From Terriglobia bacterium (lineage in GTDB: Bacteria; Acidobacteriota; Polarisedimenticolia; Polarisedimenticolales; JAIQFR01), in contig CAVVHE010000008.1 of NCBI GenBank assembly GCA_963748015.1, positions 96,001-160,000 on the forward strand: a stretch of DNA of 64,000 nt, in the 5' to 3' direction. The position numbers and the translations under genes were made by a program. Within the stretch, counting starts at the first letter, position 1. The number at the start of each line of letters is the position of its first letter. The notes under the pieces were generated by a model, which had not been told where the DNA came from, did not search any database, and was given only the letters and a program-made list of their open reading frames with translations. Of this stretch, positions 61,559-64,000 are shown piece by piece.

Positions 61559-64000
61559 TCATTTCGGGACGGCCGCTCGCGGCAGGTCCTCGAGCCCGCT
61601 CAGCACGACGTTGACATGCTGCGCGGTGGTCGTCTCGCCGCTTGTACGCACCATGATGAACCGGCCGTCGGGCGCGACGTCGTAGTTGGCGAACGTGTCC
61701 GATGTCGTCGGGAAGCGAGTGCTGAACAGCTCCCGCGGCGCCCCGACCGAAAACGTCGGCCTCGTCAGCACCTTCACCGCCATCATCCTCTGTTGGTTCA
61801 CGTAGAACAGCTCGCTCCCGTCGGGGGACCAGTGCGGGATCGTCCCGCCGCCGTCCGTGATCTGCCATCGCCCCCCGGGTCCCGGAAACGCCTGGACGTA
61901 AACCTCGGCGCTCCCCGACTCGTCGGAGTTGTACGCGAGCCAGCGACCGTCGGGAGAGATGTCCCCTCCCATCTCGATCGCCGCCGTCTGCACGATCGGC
62001 CGGCTCTGCCCGTCCGGGGCGGAGAGGGCGATCAAGTCCACCGATCGGCCGGGGCCGCTGTCCTGCTGGTAGACGAGGGACTTGCCGTCGGGCGTGAAGC
62101 AGAGCGGGGCCCGAGCGATCGAATCGGGGAACGACGCGAGAGTCCTGGCGGCCTCGCCGCCGTCCGCGGCCTTCCACGCGAGGTTGTCTCCCGCCGCCGT
62201 CCTCGAGCCGAAGGCCACCCGCGCCCCGTCGGGCGCCCACACCGGCGACGCGCTGGCGCCGTCGAACGTGAGCCGAGCGGTCGTGCCGCGGGCAAGGTCG
62301 TGGATGTAGACGTCGCTCGCGGCTCCCCGGCCGGGGCCGATCGCGACGGCGATGAGCTTCCCGTCGGGGGAGACGCGAGGGCCTCGGTATTCCCGAGCCG
62401 GGAGCGGGAGCGGCTCGACCGTTCCATCGCGTCGGACCCAGACCAGCTCGAGCATGGAGGCTTTGGGGTCGGCCTCGGCGTAGGCAAGCGTCCCGTCGCG
62501 GGCGAGGTCGAAGAAGAGGACGCCGCTCGTTGAGACCCCTCCTACGTCCCGGGCCACCGGTATCGCGTTGGCTACGGGCCCGCCGGTCGCCGCCGCGAAG
62601 GGCATGGCAAAGAGCTGACTGCCGCGTCCGAGGACGAGGTGTCCCGGCTCCGCGAAGCGAACCATGCTCGCGCCCTTCAGCAGGACGCGGCGCTGCCCCG
62701 TCTCGAGAGTGACCGCATCGATCTCCGAGTCCTCGTAGACCCCGGGCTTGTCGGAAGTGCCGACGGTGAACGCCACTTCTTTTCCGCCGGGCAGAAACGC
62801 CGGCCAACGGTGCGTGCGCTCCTTGCGGGCCAGGTCGAGCTTCGTCAGCTCCACGGGGGTTCCCCCTCCGCTCGGGATCCTCGAGAGCGACGAGCTCGTG
62901 GACGGCGAGAAGACGATGGTGCCGTCCGGTCCCCACGCCCCGCCGCGATCGAGACCGACCGCGCAGAGATCGATGGGCTGTCCCCCTTCCACGGCGACCT
63001 TCTTGAGCTTTCCCCTCGCGAAGAAAGCGATCCAAAGGCCGTCGGGAGAGAAGAACGGGCTGTTCGCGTCCTCCGTCCCGGCGAGGGGCGTGACCTCGAG
63101 CTGGTCGAGGCGCCGCAGGTAGAGCCGCTTCACGTTCGCGGAAACCCCCACGAACGCGAGCCGGGAGCCATCCGGCGAGATCGCGAGGATCTGGTGCTCG
63201 GTGGTGTTGGTCTCGAGGTCGAGACGCACGTCGAGCGGCAGCCTCGCCGAAAGGTGCACCGGCGATCTCGGCGGGGCGGGCGTGCCCGATCGCGTGCCGC
63301 CGAGGAGGGACGCTCCAAGAAGGACGGCGAGCACGGCGGCGGCAGCCCACGGCGCCGCGCGGCGCCAGCGAGGAACGGTCGCGGCGGCCGCCCCGGGTTC
63401 CTCGCCGGCGTCGTCGAGGAGCAGGCCCGCGTCTCCCGCATCGCGCAGCCGGCGCCGCGCGTCCTTCTCGAGACAGCGGCGCAGCAGCCGGCGCACCGGC
63501 GCGGGCGTCGCGGCGGGGAGGGCATTCCAGTCCGGCTCTCGCGCGACCACGGCGGCCAGCGCGTCCGTGGCCGTGGCGCCGTCGAACGCGCGGCGACCGC
63601 TCAGCATCTCGTAGAGGAGGCAGCCGAGCGCCCAGACGTCGGTCCTCCGGTCCACCGCCCGCCCGCGCGCCTGCTCCGGGCTCATGTACCCCGGGGTACC
63701 GAGGATCGTGCCGGCGAGCGTCCCCGTGGAGGTAACCGTCGTGGAGCGCGAGGGGTCGGCGCCCGCGACGGGCTCCCCCGCTTTCGCCAGTCCGAAGTCG
63801 AGGACCTTCACCTTGCCGTCGGGCGTCCGCTTCACGTTCGCGGGCTTGAGGTCGCGGTGGATCACGCCGTGCTCGTGCGCGGCCTCCAGCGACTCCGCGA
63901 CGCGCCGGGCGGTCTCGATCGCCTCGTCCATCGGGAGCGCGCCGCGCTCGAGACGCTGGGCGAGGTCTTCCCCGGGGACGAGCTCCATCGCGAGGAACCG
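61559..64000 (-). CDS. Ser/Thr protein kinase with C-terminal TolB-like propeller, 5' end outside the window
   Basis: HRDLKPAN, DFG, GTPGYMSPEQ, one TM segment, repeated SPDG. Confidence 0.95.
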   Translation of the reverse strand, partial: RFLAMELVPGEDLAQRLERGALPMDEAIETARRVAESLEAAHEHGVIHRDLKPANVKRTPDGKVKVLDFGLAKAGEPVAGADPSRSTTVTSTGTLAGTILGTPGYMSPEQARGRAVDRRTDVWALGCLLYEMLSGRRAFDGATATDALAAVVAREPDWNALPAATPAPVRRLLRRCLEKDARRRLRDAGDAGLLLDDAGEEPGAAAATVPRWRRAAPWAAAAVLAVLLGASLLGGTRSGTPAPPRSPVHLSARLPLDVRLDLETNTTEHQILAISPDGSRLAFVGVSANVKRLYLRRLDQLEVTPLAGTEDANSPFFSPDGLWIAFFARGKLKKVAVEGGQPIDLCAVGLDRGGAWGPDGTIVFSPSTSSSLSRIPSGGGTPVELTKLDLARKERTHRWPAFLPGGKEVAFTVGTSDKPGVYEDSEIDAVTLETGQRRVLLKGASMVRFAEPGHLVLGRGSQLFAMPFAAATGGPVANAIPVARDVGGVSTSGVLFFDLARDGTLAYAEADPKASMLELVWVRRDGTVEPLPLPAREYRGPRVSPDGKLIAVAIGPGRGAASDVYIHDLARGTTARLTFDGASASPVWAPDGARVAFGSRTAAGDNLAWKAADGGEAARTLASFPDSIARAPLCFTPDGKSLVYQQDSGPGRSVDLIALSAPDGQSRPIVQTAAIEMGGDISPDGRWLAYNSDESGSAEVYVQAFPGPGGRWQITDGGGTIPHWSPDGSELFYVNQQRMMAVKVLTRPTFSVGAPRELFSTRFPTTSDTFANYDVAPDGRFIMVRTSGETTTAQHVNVVLSGLEDLPRAAVPK

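Overview
Very GC-rich bacterial chromosomal window with about 45 genes. The gene repertoire (Ser/Thr kinase fused to a TolB-like propeller, paired MacB permeases, propeller-amidohydrolase, GT-C enzymes) suggests Acidobacteriota; that assignment is inference only. Most genes are housekeeping, envelope or peptidase genes (leuS, glgP, fbaB, fabF, pepF, mscL, copA-type ATPase, ampG, ftcD, uppS). Several genes, including the essential leuS, are broken by single-base indels that look like read or consensus errors. I saw no CRISPR array, tRNA, rRNA or transposase. The main signal is non-coding. (1) Four co-oriented intergenic elements (23845, 29933, 37752, 55258) share a covarying three-way-junction core but are closed by 24-38 bp perfect stems of unrelated sequence. 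(2) A REP-like palindrome family brackets an L,D-transpeptidase gene and appears to be translated in frame in it. (3) There is a CTAG-ended MITE-like element and several other long hairpins. Notable coding features are a dsrC/dsrM-like/dsrK-like mini-operon with no dsrAB in the window, a ClpX-like ATPase lacking the ClpP-docking and pore loops, a giant TPR/C39-like peptidase, and a wHTH-uppS operon with a visible candidate operator.
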